A DNA stretch of 20,000 nt, from the NCBI GenBank assembly GCA_900617105.1, contig UYFQ01000160.1, positions 51,477-71,476 on the forward strand, written 5' to 3'. The notes beneath the pieces were generated by a model that was not told the origin of the DNA, searched no databases, and worked only from the letters and a program-made list of their open reading frames with translations. Numbering within the stretch: the stretch's first letter is position 1; each line of letters starts with the position of its first letter. A program made the translations under genes and the position numbers. This DNA is from Hydrurus foetidus (lineage: Eukaryota). Shown here one piece after another: positions 1 to 12,226 of the stretch.

Positions 1-147
1 ATTTCTGCTATTCTTATACGGAGTGTAATCCCAAAGATAAATCGGATGATATTTGATTTCGCCGTAGTGGACGGAGTGCGATAACGCAATTGAACCGCCA
101 TTTGTCACACCAGTGGACCATCTTTTGTCCGACCTGTCAGACAGTTT

Positions 148-1461
148 TACACTCTGTTAAGGTCTATCCTCCAGGCCGTCCACCCGGTAGGACATTTGTC
201 CGACCGGTCGGACAATTTTTACCCATATGAAATATTCCTCAATTCGATGAGTTTGAAGCAGTATCTCGGCGAATTCGATAGCTCCAAATGTGCCGATCAA
301 AGGCATAACTTCACCTCTTCAAACGGAGACTTCTTTGCTGAGATATGGACTGGGGCAGTGGATCAACTCGCTGGTTCGCCAAATTTGGCGATGGTCTAAC
401 TTCCAAGCGAATCTCTAAGGTGTTGGAATCATTTTCGACGTCGACTGTTTGACTAGAGTGCAATGAACAGTTTCCCCTCCGGTAAAGTCAATCGCCTCGA
501 ATTTTGGTTATGTGGCGACAGCGCAATAGCTGATTGCTCCTTTGGTTTGGCGATTTGTGGCTGAAATCTTCTGTCAAAATTTTCTCTGAAATTTCTTCAC
601 TTCTGTGCCTGCAGATCATATTATTTTGTGTCATAAATGATGGTCAAGTTCAAACGCCAAAAGGAGATCACGGAATATTGGTGTAATAGCGGAGCGATTG
701 GAATATGGTGAGGATTGCAATCTAAAATGCAAATCGATTTTCACAAGGAAATGCAGCCTGATAATTTCCGAGCAACGCCCATTCTGACTAGGAAATTTTC
801 ATGCTTCTATTGATCAGGACTTCCTCAACAGTTTCCCATCGATGCCTGAGGAAGCGCCACTTTTGTAGTGAAGTTATAGCTGTCAGCGTTTGCCCCATCG
901 ACCGATTTCGGACCGATTTCAGATTTCCACCTCGGACGGCTATTTCAAGCGAATCTCTCCGATGCAGTCACTTGTATCGTTCCAGAGCATCAAATATGTT
1001 ATGAATCATCGTTTTGATATTGCATATTGGTGTAAAGTCTCTGTTTTGGGTATCCCTCAATATTTTTATTGAGTCGATTTTCCTGCGTACTCCACCTGTC
1101 TTCAAACAAATGATATTATCAGCCCTTGATGTCGCCTTCATGGCATCTTACCTACTCGACCCTTCTTCAATGGTTCTTGCAGTTGTATAATCCTATTTTG
1201 CTCCTAAAAGTTTGATATATCAGTGTCCTGTATGAGCACTAAAAGAACGTATTAAACATATTATTTGACTATAACTAGTTTTTTTCTGTTCGACCAAAGG
1301 CTCCAATATCATCAAGCATGCCAATTTAATGCTAGGCAACTAATTGCAATCGATTTCTAAGCTATAAGATGATGTAAGGAGTCAAAAATGTCATATGTCA
1401 GCACTGTCCGACCAGTGGGACAGTGCCCATGTCCACCGGTCGGACAAACAGCTGGAGTGTA
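148..1461. mobile_element. Putative non-autonomous DNA transposon / MITE-like element with palindromic subterminal motifs
   Basis: The ends have a mirrored layout. Left: TACACTC (148-154), two TGTCC..GGACA-type palindromes (~177-214), then CATATG (224-229). Right: CATATG (1392-1397), palindromes at 1405-1422 and 1430-1446, then GAGTGTA (1455-1461). This fits CACTC..GAGTG termini flanked by TA. No transposase ORF inside. Confidence 0.35.
196..215. repeat. Perfect 20-bp palindrome TTGTCCGACCGGTCGGACAA, with degenerate copies at ~102-120, 125-143, ~177-194, 1405-1422 and 1430-1446
   Basis: Read directly; the 20-mer is its own reverse complement. Confidence 0.9.
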
Positions 1462-1791
1462 GACATTAACGGTCCCAAGGGTAGAAATTGAACCAAATGT
1501 GTTGGCTTGCATTGATTTGATACGGCTGATGATATTGGACGGCGATATTGCAACGCTACACACTCTTCACTCATTCTGCTGTACATACTGTACATATTGA
1601 CATCACCTATATCCGACATATGAGTCCAGAGTCCATAGAGTCGTTACACTGATGCATGTTACTCTGGCCTCTGTCCATACAACTATTCTCTAACGTTCGG
1701 TCTGTTCTTTATTTCATGTCATTGAAGAATCGTTCTGTAGGCAGCAATCTTCATCGGATTTCGTCAGGTTTAGCGCAACTTGATAAGTGCA

Positions 1792-4700
1792 ATGGGTGCT
1801 ACAGTGCTTTTGCTGTCCCTATTCATCTTTTCCGTGGTGAAACTTCGTGATGGTTACATACTCAGAACAAAGTTCGCCTACAGTGGGGTTAACATCAGAT
1901 TGACGGATCGTCACATGGGAGGTATTGCTGCGCAGGCGAATGATGTCGGAACTCCAGACGCGATTGATGGATTACTACATGAATTCGATCGCCAATTAAG
2001 CAATGAAGACTTCGATGCACAGGCCATCTCTCGCCTTCATATGGACGTAATCCTGACACTTGTAAAAAGCGATGTGCAGGACAGGGATGATGACGATGGC
2101 TCAGAGAGTCACCTGTTTCCGCAGTCTTATTTGACAGCGTTGATATATATGGTTGACCTAACAAATTCTTTACGAGAGAGAAAGAGCCCTCTATTCACAT
2201 CAGCCAACATGATATCGAAGAAGGAAGGTATAGCACAGGTTTTAAAATCCGTCAAATCCATGAAAGATCAACTAATGAGCTCTAGAGAAATCGTGGAGGT
2301 TAAACGCAAAACGGAGAGAGTTTTATCTCAGCTGCTAACTCTTTCAATTGCGTACAACAGCTGTTTCATGATCGGAACAGAGACAGATTTCATGTTTTTC
2401 GCAAAGGCTCTGTTAGAGAAAACTCCAATTCATGACAAGCATTTTGCGCTCCTGCTCTTTAGCCGCGGGATTATGACGCCGCCACATCGTTCTGGCACAA
2501 GCGCAAAGATCACCTGGCCTGGACGCGGTGAATCATTTAACGACTTGGCAGCTGTTGCCAGACTTTCGTCAATTAGTCTGAGTAGATCTTTCAAAATGAA
2601 TATGGCTGATTTGGGAATCTCGCAGCCAAGCCTTTCAGCGAGGATGCTTTATCCATTCGCATCAGTCGCTATGAGAGCGTTCGTGGCGAGTTCAACGAAG
2701 ACAATCACCCCAAAACGGAAGAGCGATGATTGGTTTTCGTATGATTCCAGTAGATCTGATGATAGTGAGGAATTGACATCGGAAAAACTATTCGATGATG
2801 CTGATAAGAAGCTGTGTCTTCTGCTTCAGGCCTGCATAATCGAAGATACTCATGCGGAGAAGCTGCGGGAGATGACTGGATCGGGGGATGAAGTCCTCTC
2901 TACATTAAGACGGTGCGCACTCGACCCATATTCTCTTGGGAAGTGTTGGTGCAGGCTTGATTAATGAATGTTCTGTATTTTGCATCACGTATCATAGGTG
3001 GATTTGCGACCTTGCTGCTACTCACTTCATGAATGACGAAGACGGCCTATTCAGCACTCGAGACGGTTTACCTGAAGAGATAAAGAAGAACACAGTAGCA
3101 ATGGGTGAGGCGATGTCCTCATCCGCCTCTTAATCCCTCTAATGGCCACTCATACGCCTTCAATTTCATTTCTCAATCCCACCTCAACTCCACTCCACTC
3201 GACTCCACCAAGTTGAACTCACATAAAGCATATACGTACGTTTTTGACCCTAGAGCTGTTATGCACCGAGAGGGCTTTCTGCGAGGGCAAGAAAAGGGAC
3301 AGAACAAGATTTTTATCACTCTTTGAGGAGATAGGCAATTATCTAGAAGTGCTTTCTTCACTCCGAGAAAGCAGAAATCAAATCGATATGGAGCCTTCCG
3401 CTCTGCCACTTGCTCCCAACTCAAAGTTCACATTTAGAGTGAAGAAAACAGTAGCTGCTATCAGTGCCACTAAATTCCTTCCTCGGACTCATAAGTTGAG
3501 AGTGGGCATGGAGAATGGAGGAGTGAACTCGTTCATGGGGGCTTACAACGCGCATAAGAAAGAAGCCGCCCTCTCTGCTCTTAGGGAAAAGAGACCATCC
3601 AGTCTGGCAGATCAGGGAGCCGTTTTAGCTGTCGATGACGACATGTGGGCTACTGCGACTCCCTCTACAAGGACAGGCAGCAGTCGCTCCTCTGTCTCCT
3701 CACAGACACAGACACAAGCGGTGTCTAAGATGAGCTCTCAGGCTCAGGTGTCCGATGATGACGATGACATGTGGGCGTCAGCATCTCCGAAAGAGTTGGG
3801 AAAGCAAAAGAGGGCGAAAAAGGCATTGGAGAGTGCACCAGTACCTGTAGACTTCGACTTGATCCCTCAGGTAGACCAGTATCTGCTGCAGATCATAGCT
3901 GACGTATTGAAGGTCGATGAGGCCGTTGTCATGCAGCCGCATGTGAGGGACGAAGTGGACTACGTGTTCAGCACTTGGCGCAGACCGCATCTCCTCCTTG
4001 ACTACCACAGGATGCACTCATCAACACCGGATATTCAGAATAATTTCAGAAGGTAATATATGCTCTCTATGAGACGACAACTATCTCCCAAGTATTCAGC
4101 GCGCTCGTGATTCTGTATTGAATTGTATTGTGTGATTTCCACGCGCAGATTTCTTAGCGCTTTGTTCGGTGTAAGTGGTGAGACAGTTGAAGACATCAGG
4201 TGAGGGCACAAAGCACGTATACTGGAAAGACAACCTACTGATTATCTCAAATCTAACACTTGATTTGATTACACTTGATTCTACTACAGGTATACCGATC
4301 CCGGTAACAGGAGACACTTCGACTTACTGCCTCCGGAGCTAGCGGCTAGATGGATAGAAGGGGTAGCTAGAAACGGAGAAATACTGCCAGGTAGTGGTCT
4401 ATGACTCATCACGTACATTGCTCCCTAATGCACTGGGTTTCTGGAGAGATACTTCAACAGTGCCCAACAGAGTCGCTCTATTCTATCTAATTAAGCGTAT
4501 GCTTTCTAATTTGTCGGTTGTTGTTCACTCAACCGTAGGTTACTGTGACCCCCAGACCCTCTTTATGATCGGAGAGGACTCCAACACTTGCATGGGAATA
4601 AGGGCGAGACAAAAGGGTTCCAACAGGGGTCTCCTCTCCATGCTTCTACACGGCAACTGTCGCATAATAGGGTCCAAGGACTCTCACGGCAGGCTCACTG

Positions 4701-6175
4701 CAAGAGCCGTTTCGAGACTTCTTGTGGACGATATTACAGGCCTGCCTGTGCTTTACGTGGAGTCGCCATATGGGAGCATAGACGAAGACAGCTACGTTGA
4801 GGTGATGCCCTCTGATGCAATACAATGCAATAAAAAGCGTTACACTGCTATAGAGTACTCCATATTGCCACATACTCTTCTCTCGCTAGTTACCTTTCCG
4901 AAATTTCATGACGTCTCTTATTTCTGCCATTACTGCGATGAACAGGTCTACGATCAAGCTGCTTTGCTAGGTGATTTACTGCAAGTCCCAGTCATCTATG
5001 CCTCTCCTCCCTCACCCACACTGTACGTAATGGGCGACAGGGAAATCTCTGCTGTGCACTCAAATACAAATCGACAAATCAGCAATTATGAAATTGCTGA
5101 TTGGATGGTAGAAGAGGACGAAGAAGAAGAGGAGGAGGGAATGGATAGTATCAGCTCTTCTCTGCCTCAGGTACAAATACAAGTGGAAAAGACACTCTTC
5201 GGGAATCTGTCTGACTACACTGTCATGGCCAGCCATGTGTGGATTGACGGAATCAGAGACCCATCTTCAGGCAGGTACCTACCAGGCCACACACCCTTTC
5301 TCTACATCATCAAGAAGCCCCCTCTTGGAGCGGGCATCAAGGAGAAGGAGGAGGGAGCGCTTACCATGGGGGGGAGACCCCTGGGGTCACTCGAGAGTAT
5401 GGTCGCTAAAGGTCTCACCAAGCTGCAGCCCGCAGCGACCAAGCCATCTGAGGAGAAGGAGAAGGAGAAGAAGAGTAAGGATAGTGTTGAGACGATATTA
5501 ACTGCACAGTTTGAGCAGACAGCTGGTGCGGGGATTGCTCGCACTGCTGCTGCTGCTGCTGCTGCTGCTGCATCTATGTCTATGACTGCACCTGCAATCT
5601 CAGATGACAGTGATGAGGCGGAAGATGAAGACGATTTCTTTGGTGTCGCCTCCACAATGACAGCGTACAAAAGGCGCCCTGTGCAGAAGTTCTCTACTGC
5701 TGCTGCTGTGAGTGCTACGGACTCTTCCTCCTCCTCCGTGCCACTACCCTCCCCTAAAGCATCTCAGAATGCGATAAAAGGTGAGGAAGCGGTAGAAGTA
5801 GCGGTGGCTGTTGAGCCTCCTACAGCCGAAGAAATAGAGGACAAAAGGAAGTCCAAGAAGCAGCGAGTAGTGTCTGTGCAGGCCCGACTAGCGGAGAGGC
5901 AGCGCTTCCTCTCCGAGGCTCAGCAGAGAAGACAGACAGCCACTAGCGAGATCAACAAGGAGAAGGAGCAGCAGGTCATGGAGTATCAGCTACGCAAGGG
6001 CTACCAACTTAGCCGCACACCTTCTACTCAAGAGGCATCCCCCGCCAGAGATAGAGATATGGAGAGAGACCGCAGAGAGAGTAAAGGCAACGTGGCTGAT
6101 GTCGTTACCTTTACCCCTACCGTAGTTGTTGAGTCAGATGATGATGACGATGACTCGGATGGACTGTGGGCCTAG
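1792..6175 (+). CDS. Multi-exon hypothetical protein (~1200 aa) with a signal-peptide-like N-terminus and an acidic, low-complexity C-terminus. Predicted exons: 1792-2942, 2998-3104, 3254-4052, 4149-4199, 4290-4390, 4539-4801, 4946-6175
   Basis: ORFs 1780-2964, 2936-3133, 3244-4056 and 4394-6175 join through phase-compatible GT-AG introns (2943-2997, 3105-3253, 4053-4148, 4200-4289, 4391-4538, 4802-4945). The N-terminus MGATVLLLSLFIFSVVKLRDG-YIL is hydrophobic. Exon boundaries were called by eye. Confidence 0.75.
5544..5571 (+). repeat. (GCT)n trinucleotide repeat encoding poly-Ala
   Basis: CTGCTG... run inside the last exon, translated as TAAAAAAAAAS. Confidence 0.9.
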
Positions 6176-6243
6176 ATTCCTGACATGGATATGCTACACT
6201 CCATCAGGCATAAGGCCTCATACTTCGTTAATACGTGTCATAT

Positions 6244-6292
6244 CTTGTCTTGTCTTGACTTGACTTGACTTGACTTGACTTGACTTGACTTG
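6244..6292. repeat. (CTTGA)n / (CTTGT)n pentanucleotide microsatellite
   Basis: About 10 tandem units read directly. Confidence 0.9.
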
Positions 6293-7361
6293 CAGTCAGG
6301 TGTTACCAGGCGTGACGCTGCTCCATGTCCACACCCGGATGGGATGGCATTGTACACATCCAAGCCACAGAGGGAGTCGGATGAGCCCGTACCTTTTTAG
6401 AAGTCTTTGCACACTTTCTACTGCACGCCAAAATCCAAATATTTGAAGCTGATTATAGAATCCTTTCAGCATAGAATGCTGTCGTATCCAATCACAGCAC
6501 TGCGCTGTGCTGTGCTGTGCCATGCTGCTATTGTTACGTATCTATTCCTCCTTCGCCGACTGCAGCAGATCATCATGCGTCAGTGATTACTGAAATACTT
6601 TAATGTCGATATATATGTGATCTTATTGTTTATATTGTTCGGATCGGATGAACAGTTCTAAAAATCAACATCTCATCACATCTCACTATTTTCCTTTATT
6701 CAAGTGCCCCTATTGACTCACAACTGGGAGCTATACGGTTGCGCATATTAACCCGCTTATGGCTGCAGCTCACAGTAGCTATTCCTGCGAAAGTGCCGAT
6801 AGGAGGAGCATCTCAGATTGAATTGGCTTTGTCCTAAAGAATCGTGTTGTCTCCCGTGAGTTCCCTGCTACGTATACCGTAAACTCCTAAAACAGATTTT
6901 AAACCCATTCTCTCCCTTAATTAAGGGTCTATTGACATAGAAAATTAAATTCTGTGTGTTGGAAGAACACATAGACTGCAAGCCTTGAGAAGGATCTTAA
7001 ATACTATCAGAGTAGAGTGGTCATGGGCCCCACCTACCTAAAATATGTATCAGTCGTACAAGCAATGTTCAACACATCTAAATTATGCAACCAATTTAAA
7101 ATGCTGTAAGGCTTGAGCACTTTCCTCCTGATTTCTTACATTAAATCAAATCAGACTGACTTAGCTACTGTACTGTACTGTACTGTAGTGTCCGAGGGAT
7201 TCAATTTAACTTTTCGATGCGAATACCAGCACATCTCTCTATCCCAAAGTCACGGTTCATCCAACAGTATTATTTGTTCGTTGTCTAGGGCACCTCAAAG
7301 GCATCGAAGGGTGCCTCCCTTCACATCCACACAGTATTCCCTTAAAAAGGAAATGCCGAAG

Positions 7362-9320
7362 TCACGCGCCGCTGACCGGGGTGTGTTTAGTCAGAGCTCT
7401 GCTCACGCTGGAAATCTCCAGATTGACCACACTCACTGTCATATCATCGGCCAGTCCCCAGTTCTTCATCCACTCTCGACCTGACCGAATGGAAAGATGG
7501 GGTGGGATGAGTGTGTAACGCAGAGTCGAGTTGATGATTATGAGGACGTTGTAGAGGCATGCGATTACGTCCGCTCCGATAGTTCCTGTTGCTCATGCTC
7601 CCTCCCATACACTCTCTCTTTTTCTCTCTCCCACACCCACACTCTTACCTGATTCGTGCACCAACTCATCAGCGGTACCAGCAGGGTTCCCGAAGTGCTC
7701 GAATGCGACATCCATGGCGCGCTCGTTGCTGACCATGTCGAACAGACCGTCAGTTGCGACAAGTATAACGCACCTCACAGCAGCCAGACCTGTGACATGA
7801 AAATGACGTATGACCGAGATTGTGTACCACTGTAAAGTTATCTGGAATAAATTGCATGCGAAGGGACTCAGAGGTTTTCAGTAACTGGCACCTGACACAT
7901 CTTTGCAGGAGAATCCCTCAGGGGGAACACCTCCCACAATCACATGGAGAGCAACAAGATCGTATTGGTCTATTTGGGGTATCGAAATCACGCCTATGTG
8001 GAGCGAGTAGTGGACAGAATAGAAGACGAGAGGGCAGGTGCAGTGCGGTTATATTAGCGTGAACTGAACAGTGTGCGATGTGTAGCGCGGCACAGCATAT
8101 CGTATCTGAGAGATTGACTAACTTAGGGCATCTAACAGCCATGACTCGCCAACATCCTTGACTGCACTCTACAGTTCAGTACCTGCAGTGTGTATCGCGA
8201 AGTCGCCCAGACTGCGGCTCATGGCTAGGCCGTGTATGTTGTCAAACGGTAGATAGACGCGGGAGGTACCGTGGACCGTCTTGACCCAACCTCCTATCGA
8301 TACAGATAGATGGTGAAACAAGGTTACCTGATGCTATTTGTTGCGATTTCGCTTTGTAGTTGAATATGACTAGTGTTATGCACTGACTCACCAGATTTCT
8401 CAATTCGCATTTTCTCTTCTGGGACTCCTGGCTTGTGATCAGAAGACAGCTGGATGCACTTCGACGTTTCGAATCTCCGGTCACTCTCTTTCTGATTCTG
8501 AGGCAGTGTCATTGGAGCTCTTTTGTGCGATGTGCCTACATCACACCCATCTGCGTTATCTATCCACACACCACCCTCCACTGACAGGGCTTCGAACTGC
8601 TCGCTCTCTATGCTAGTCTGGTCCTCTGGAGAAGTGCCCGTTGACTTGCACACGTCAAGCGGGGAACTCAACCCATCCACTCTGAGAGCGACATCCGGAT
8701 AGAGTTCCTTCGAATAGCCCAACACAGCGCGGAAGTCACCGATGTTGGCGACCGTCACCACAGTCCCTGCAGTACGGTACGTTACAGTACGGTACGCATA
8801 AAAAGACACGAATATCGGATGAGCTAGGTCCAGAGTCATAGCATGTGAAGATGATCAGTGTGCAAATACACATGTCACTACTTATCTGTGTCTCTGACCT
8901 TGCATAACTATGAGTATCATGGTTGACCTACTAAATATGGAATTAACAGTCGCTGAAGCTAGGAGATGCCGCTCTGTGGCAAAGAAATAAAATCAATCAT
9001 AATGAGGTAAAATAAGAGAGATGAAGTTTCAGACATAATGGAAGAAAGCATTCAGGGATGGCAAATCTTAGAGACCCTTCTCAGTTTTTTTGAAAGGCAG
9101 CACCTAGTTTGATCGTTACATCTAGAATGGCCAATCTGAGATTTGTCATGAATGATGGATGGGCAGGTAGCTCCGCTTCGATGAAGTGTTTGCAGAAGTT
9201 GGAGACGTCATGTCCGAATTCTCCATGGCCGTCAAAGCAAGCAATGACGAGAGCTGAGGAACCGAGGCAGTGCTTCATCAGGAAGCTGTCTTGATTGGGC
9301 TTACAAATACTGTTCGTTCC
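7362..9320 (-). CDS. Protein phosphatase 2C (PPM family), multi-exon; the first exon is unresolved and probably lies at ~9435-9500
   Basis: PP2C motifs occur in order across - strand exons: KPNQDSF, ACFDGHGEFG, VANIGDFRAVLG, LSSDHKPGVPEEKMRIEKSGG, GLAMSRSLGD (~8200-8230), GVISIPQ (~7990), ILVATDGLFDMVSNE and ADDMTVSVV. Stop TGA at 7364-7362. Confidence 0.9.
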
Positions 9321-10076
9321 TGAAATATGATTTTGCATTTACCAGACGACATAACGCTTATTCCTGGATAATTATGATGAAAGAGATTGCAGGACAGAAT
9401 GAATTACAGCGGGAATGTGTCAATATGCAGTCACCTTGGCCTCTTTTTGTTTTCCAGCAAAGAATACTGAGATGATGTCATGTTCTGCATTCTGCGGGTG
9501 CGTGACTTCTATGTTTAGCGCATCGGTAATGGCGGAAAATATTGTAATATTTATTCTGTAGCTTTATTCTCCGAAAATCAGGCTTTTATCAAACTGATTT
9601 GCGCGTAATATTCTCACCCGGTATAATTATGCAGTGAGTCATTATATTTTGCGTCATTATGATTATGATGACGCAAATTTTTCGGAATCATTAACAGAAT
9701 CTGCTGCGTATTTGCAGCCAAATATATTCGGTTCCGGATTAATCAATTTTACCCTTTTACCGGGTATACCGGAAGTCAACAGCTACTTTGGCCGTAAGAT
9801 TATTTCCGCAGCATTATGCAGCGGGGTTTTAGCTCACCAATATTGTAAAGCGATCAAACTTCTTCGAGAATATACGCAAGAATTTTTGCTCGAGTTATGC
9901 AGCGGTTTTTTCGTGGGGATAATTAAAGGTGCGGCTTCGCCGCACAGAAGCAAGATCCTTGCGAGGGATTCTTGCCTCGGGTTATGCGCGGGTTCTATTC
10001 CTTTTTCTCAGAGTTATTATATGTCATACACTCCAATCCAGTTTCCCAAGGGTTAGGGTTAGTCAATTTCCTGGGG

Positions 10077-10508
10077 ATGCAATCTAGCAATAATATTTTC
10101 ACTGATCTCGTGGCTTCAAAACAAGATGTGAATTTCATAGTTCTAGTGGGTTTTCGTCGGACCGGAAAATCCCTATTTGCGAAAGCACTCGCAAACGACA
10201 ACACGAGCGTGTATGTGTACGAGGATCTCGATATCAGAGAAGGTCGCAAACATATTGAACCAATAATTGAGTCCTATAAGAGACGTCCTGTAGGCGTGTC
10301 TCCCAGGCATATCATTATGATATTCCGAAGCTACTGGACAATTCCAAAAGAGTTCAAAACCTTGATTACGCAGTACATGATGTTTGGGAAGATGAGGTCT
10401 GTGCATGAGGTTCGCCATTCAATGTATGCGGACTATTTCCAATCTGACAAAACGGCTACGAATACGGAATCGATAGAGTATCTAAAAGCAAGCAACAGTC
10501 AATTGTAA
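10077..10508 (+). CDS. Short intronless P-loop NTPase resembling a degenerate viral A32/FtsK-HerA packaging ATPase
   Basis: Walker A FIVLVGFRRTGKS and Walker B-like VYVYEDLD, followed by RHIIMIFRSYWTIPKEFKTLITQYMMFG..MYADYF, which resembles the A32 C-terminal motifs. The Walker A-B spacing is abnormally short. Confidence 0.55.
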   Translation: MQSSNNIFTDLVASKQDVNFIVLVGFRRTGKSLFAKALANDNTSVYVYEDLDIREGRKHIEPIIESYKRRPVGVSPRHIIMIFRSYWTIPKEFKTLITQYMMFGKMRSVHEVRHSMYADYFQSDKTATNTESIEYLKASNSQL

Positions 10509-10520
10509 AGTAATCCCGTT

Positions 10521-11025
10521 TCATTCAGTTCCATGGGCAGATGATAACATCACTTCAATAGAGAGTCGCATTACAACATTCATATACCCTCGCATAATTG
10601 GAGACAAATCGACCTTCGATCCAGAAGTGATCGAATGCGAAGCATCACCAACTCTTACATCTGTCACGGATAAATTGTCGTCGACAGCATCGGCGATTGA
10701 GCTGATAGATTCCGTGCGTGAGGGTCTCCTATTAATCATCAGTAAAGGATTCATGCGATAGTATCTGAGTTAAACAAAGTTCAGTCTCGTAGCAGTGATT
10801 TTGTTACCTCTTCCCAGGATTGTGAGCAATTCTTGTAAACGCGGATGGCAGAGTCGGTTTAGATAGTTGTTGTGGAATTAACTTGTCATGTTGGCTTAAG
10901 TCGAATTCATCGCCGTTTTTCCTTCCTGTGGAATCGTTGATAACTTTATATCCGTTTTCTTTCATCATTAACCCAAATACGTCGCTTTCTCGAAGAGTAC
11001 CCATCAAAACCATCATGTCTCTCAC
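10521..11025 (-). CDS. Hypothetical spliced coding segment or pseudogene fragment of unknown function
   Basis: ORFs 10804-11025 and 10521-10754 join in frame through a GT-AG intron at 10807-10765 (..PGKR|YYRMNPLL..). Upstream pieces to ~11480 look coding but are broken. Confidence 0.3.
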
Positions 11026-11830
11026 CTAATTCTCGACACAACACCTCATTCGCTTTTCCGGTAGTGATCAACGGCTCATCATTTTTCAGTGTTTTGAAGA
11101 AGCGACTCCTTTGATGAGATGATAAGTGAGTTCCTGACCCGACATCCTCAGAAACTCCCGAACTACTCCCTATGTCTCCCCTTCTCTGCTAAATGGGTCA
11201 AATCAAGGAAAAGGTAGAATCACATGATTTTTTCATCCATTGGACGATATTACGGATTAGAAGTTAGCTGCGCTGAGCTTACATCGATTGCCCCCAGCTC
11301 GTGGTTGCCATTTGCCGGTCGACCACCTCCCTTGCCCTTGCCTCGGAATCGGGTGAAAAAGTCGGTAATTTTTCCGCTGGGTCGCACCTCAGTGGATGCT
11401 GTCAAGTAGTGGCATATCTACTAGATCTGTGCTGTTGCACTTCAACTTCTGAATCCTTTGAGTTGACCATTTCATCTAGTACCCACAGTGCCATTCCTAC
11501 GGAACAACTTATGAAAAGCACAGAGAACATAGAACGTGCTGGAAGACGTCAGGAATGAAAATTCACAGACTACGATGCTATCTCTACCTCGAAAAAGTGA
11601 AATTTTGCTGATCATCACTGTATATCTCTCTACCTTGAAAGAGTTGAGGGAGGGTACAAAAGTTGTTATTGTTCATGTATCTACATACCGTTGAGTGCCT
11701 AATTTTGTGTTCTCAATTTAGGTATTACGTCCTGTCTTTCGCAACAACACGCCTACATAACACTACTCTACCATCATAAATAGCTCCGCCTGTGCAACAC
11801 ATTTTCCAGCGCTGAAAGTTGACTCCTTTC

Positions 11831-12226
11831 TGTCATGCGATTGTAATTCATTGATATAGTATACGGATATAGTATGTACGTATAGTAGCCGTTACGTAAA
11901 AAAGATACATTGAAGTATGATTTCAGATAGGTCCAGGATCCCAGAATTCAAAAATAATTAATTAGAAATCCAACCGGCAATCCGATACCCTCCGTTGGTC
12001 TCCGCAGTGAGAAATGACATCATTTCATGATCTTCTCAACTGCTAGATTATCCACGTGAATTCTTGCAGAATAGCTCTGTTGTTTCCTTTTGCCTGTCAG
12101 TAATCTAATCAAGCATAGTCTACAGAATTGTCGCCGTACAATATTCTTCATTTGACTGAGAGCTCTGCCTGCAGCAGACGATCTACCTGAGTGTCAGCGA
12201 CATCAGGTAATGCAATCCATATGACA
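11831..12226 (+). mobile_element. 5' LTR (396 bp) of an outer LTR retrotransposon interrupted by the copia insertion
   Basis: TGTCAT...ATGACA perfect 6-bp terminal inverted repeat, immediately followed by the PBS TGGTAGCGATTG. Candidate 5-bp TSD CTTTC at 11826-11830. Confidence 0.7.

Noticed and set aside
196..1619. Short ORFs in the first 1.6 kb as transposase remnants
   Set aside because: No DDE, tyrosine-recombinase or helicase motifs were found in the frames examined.
6296..7484. Short ORFs between the two convergent genes
   Set aside because: They include microsatellite-derived sequence or are antisense to the last PP2C exon, and have no coding signature.
9634..10056. 140-aa ORF, small hairpin (TTTGCGTCAT..ATGACGCAAA) and repeated TTATGCAGCGG motifs
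   Set aside because: Non-ATG start, no protein motif and no clear element boundaries; probably intergenic or promoter sequence.
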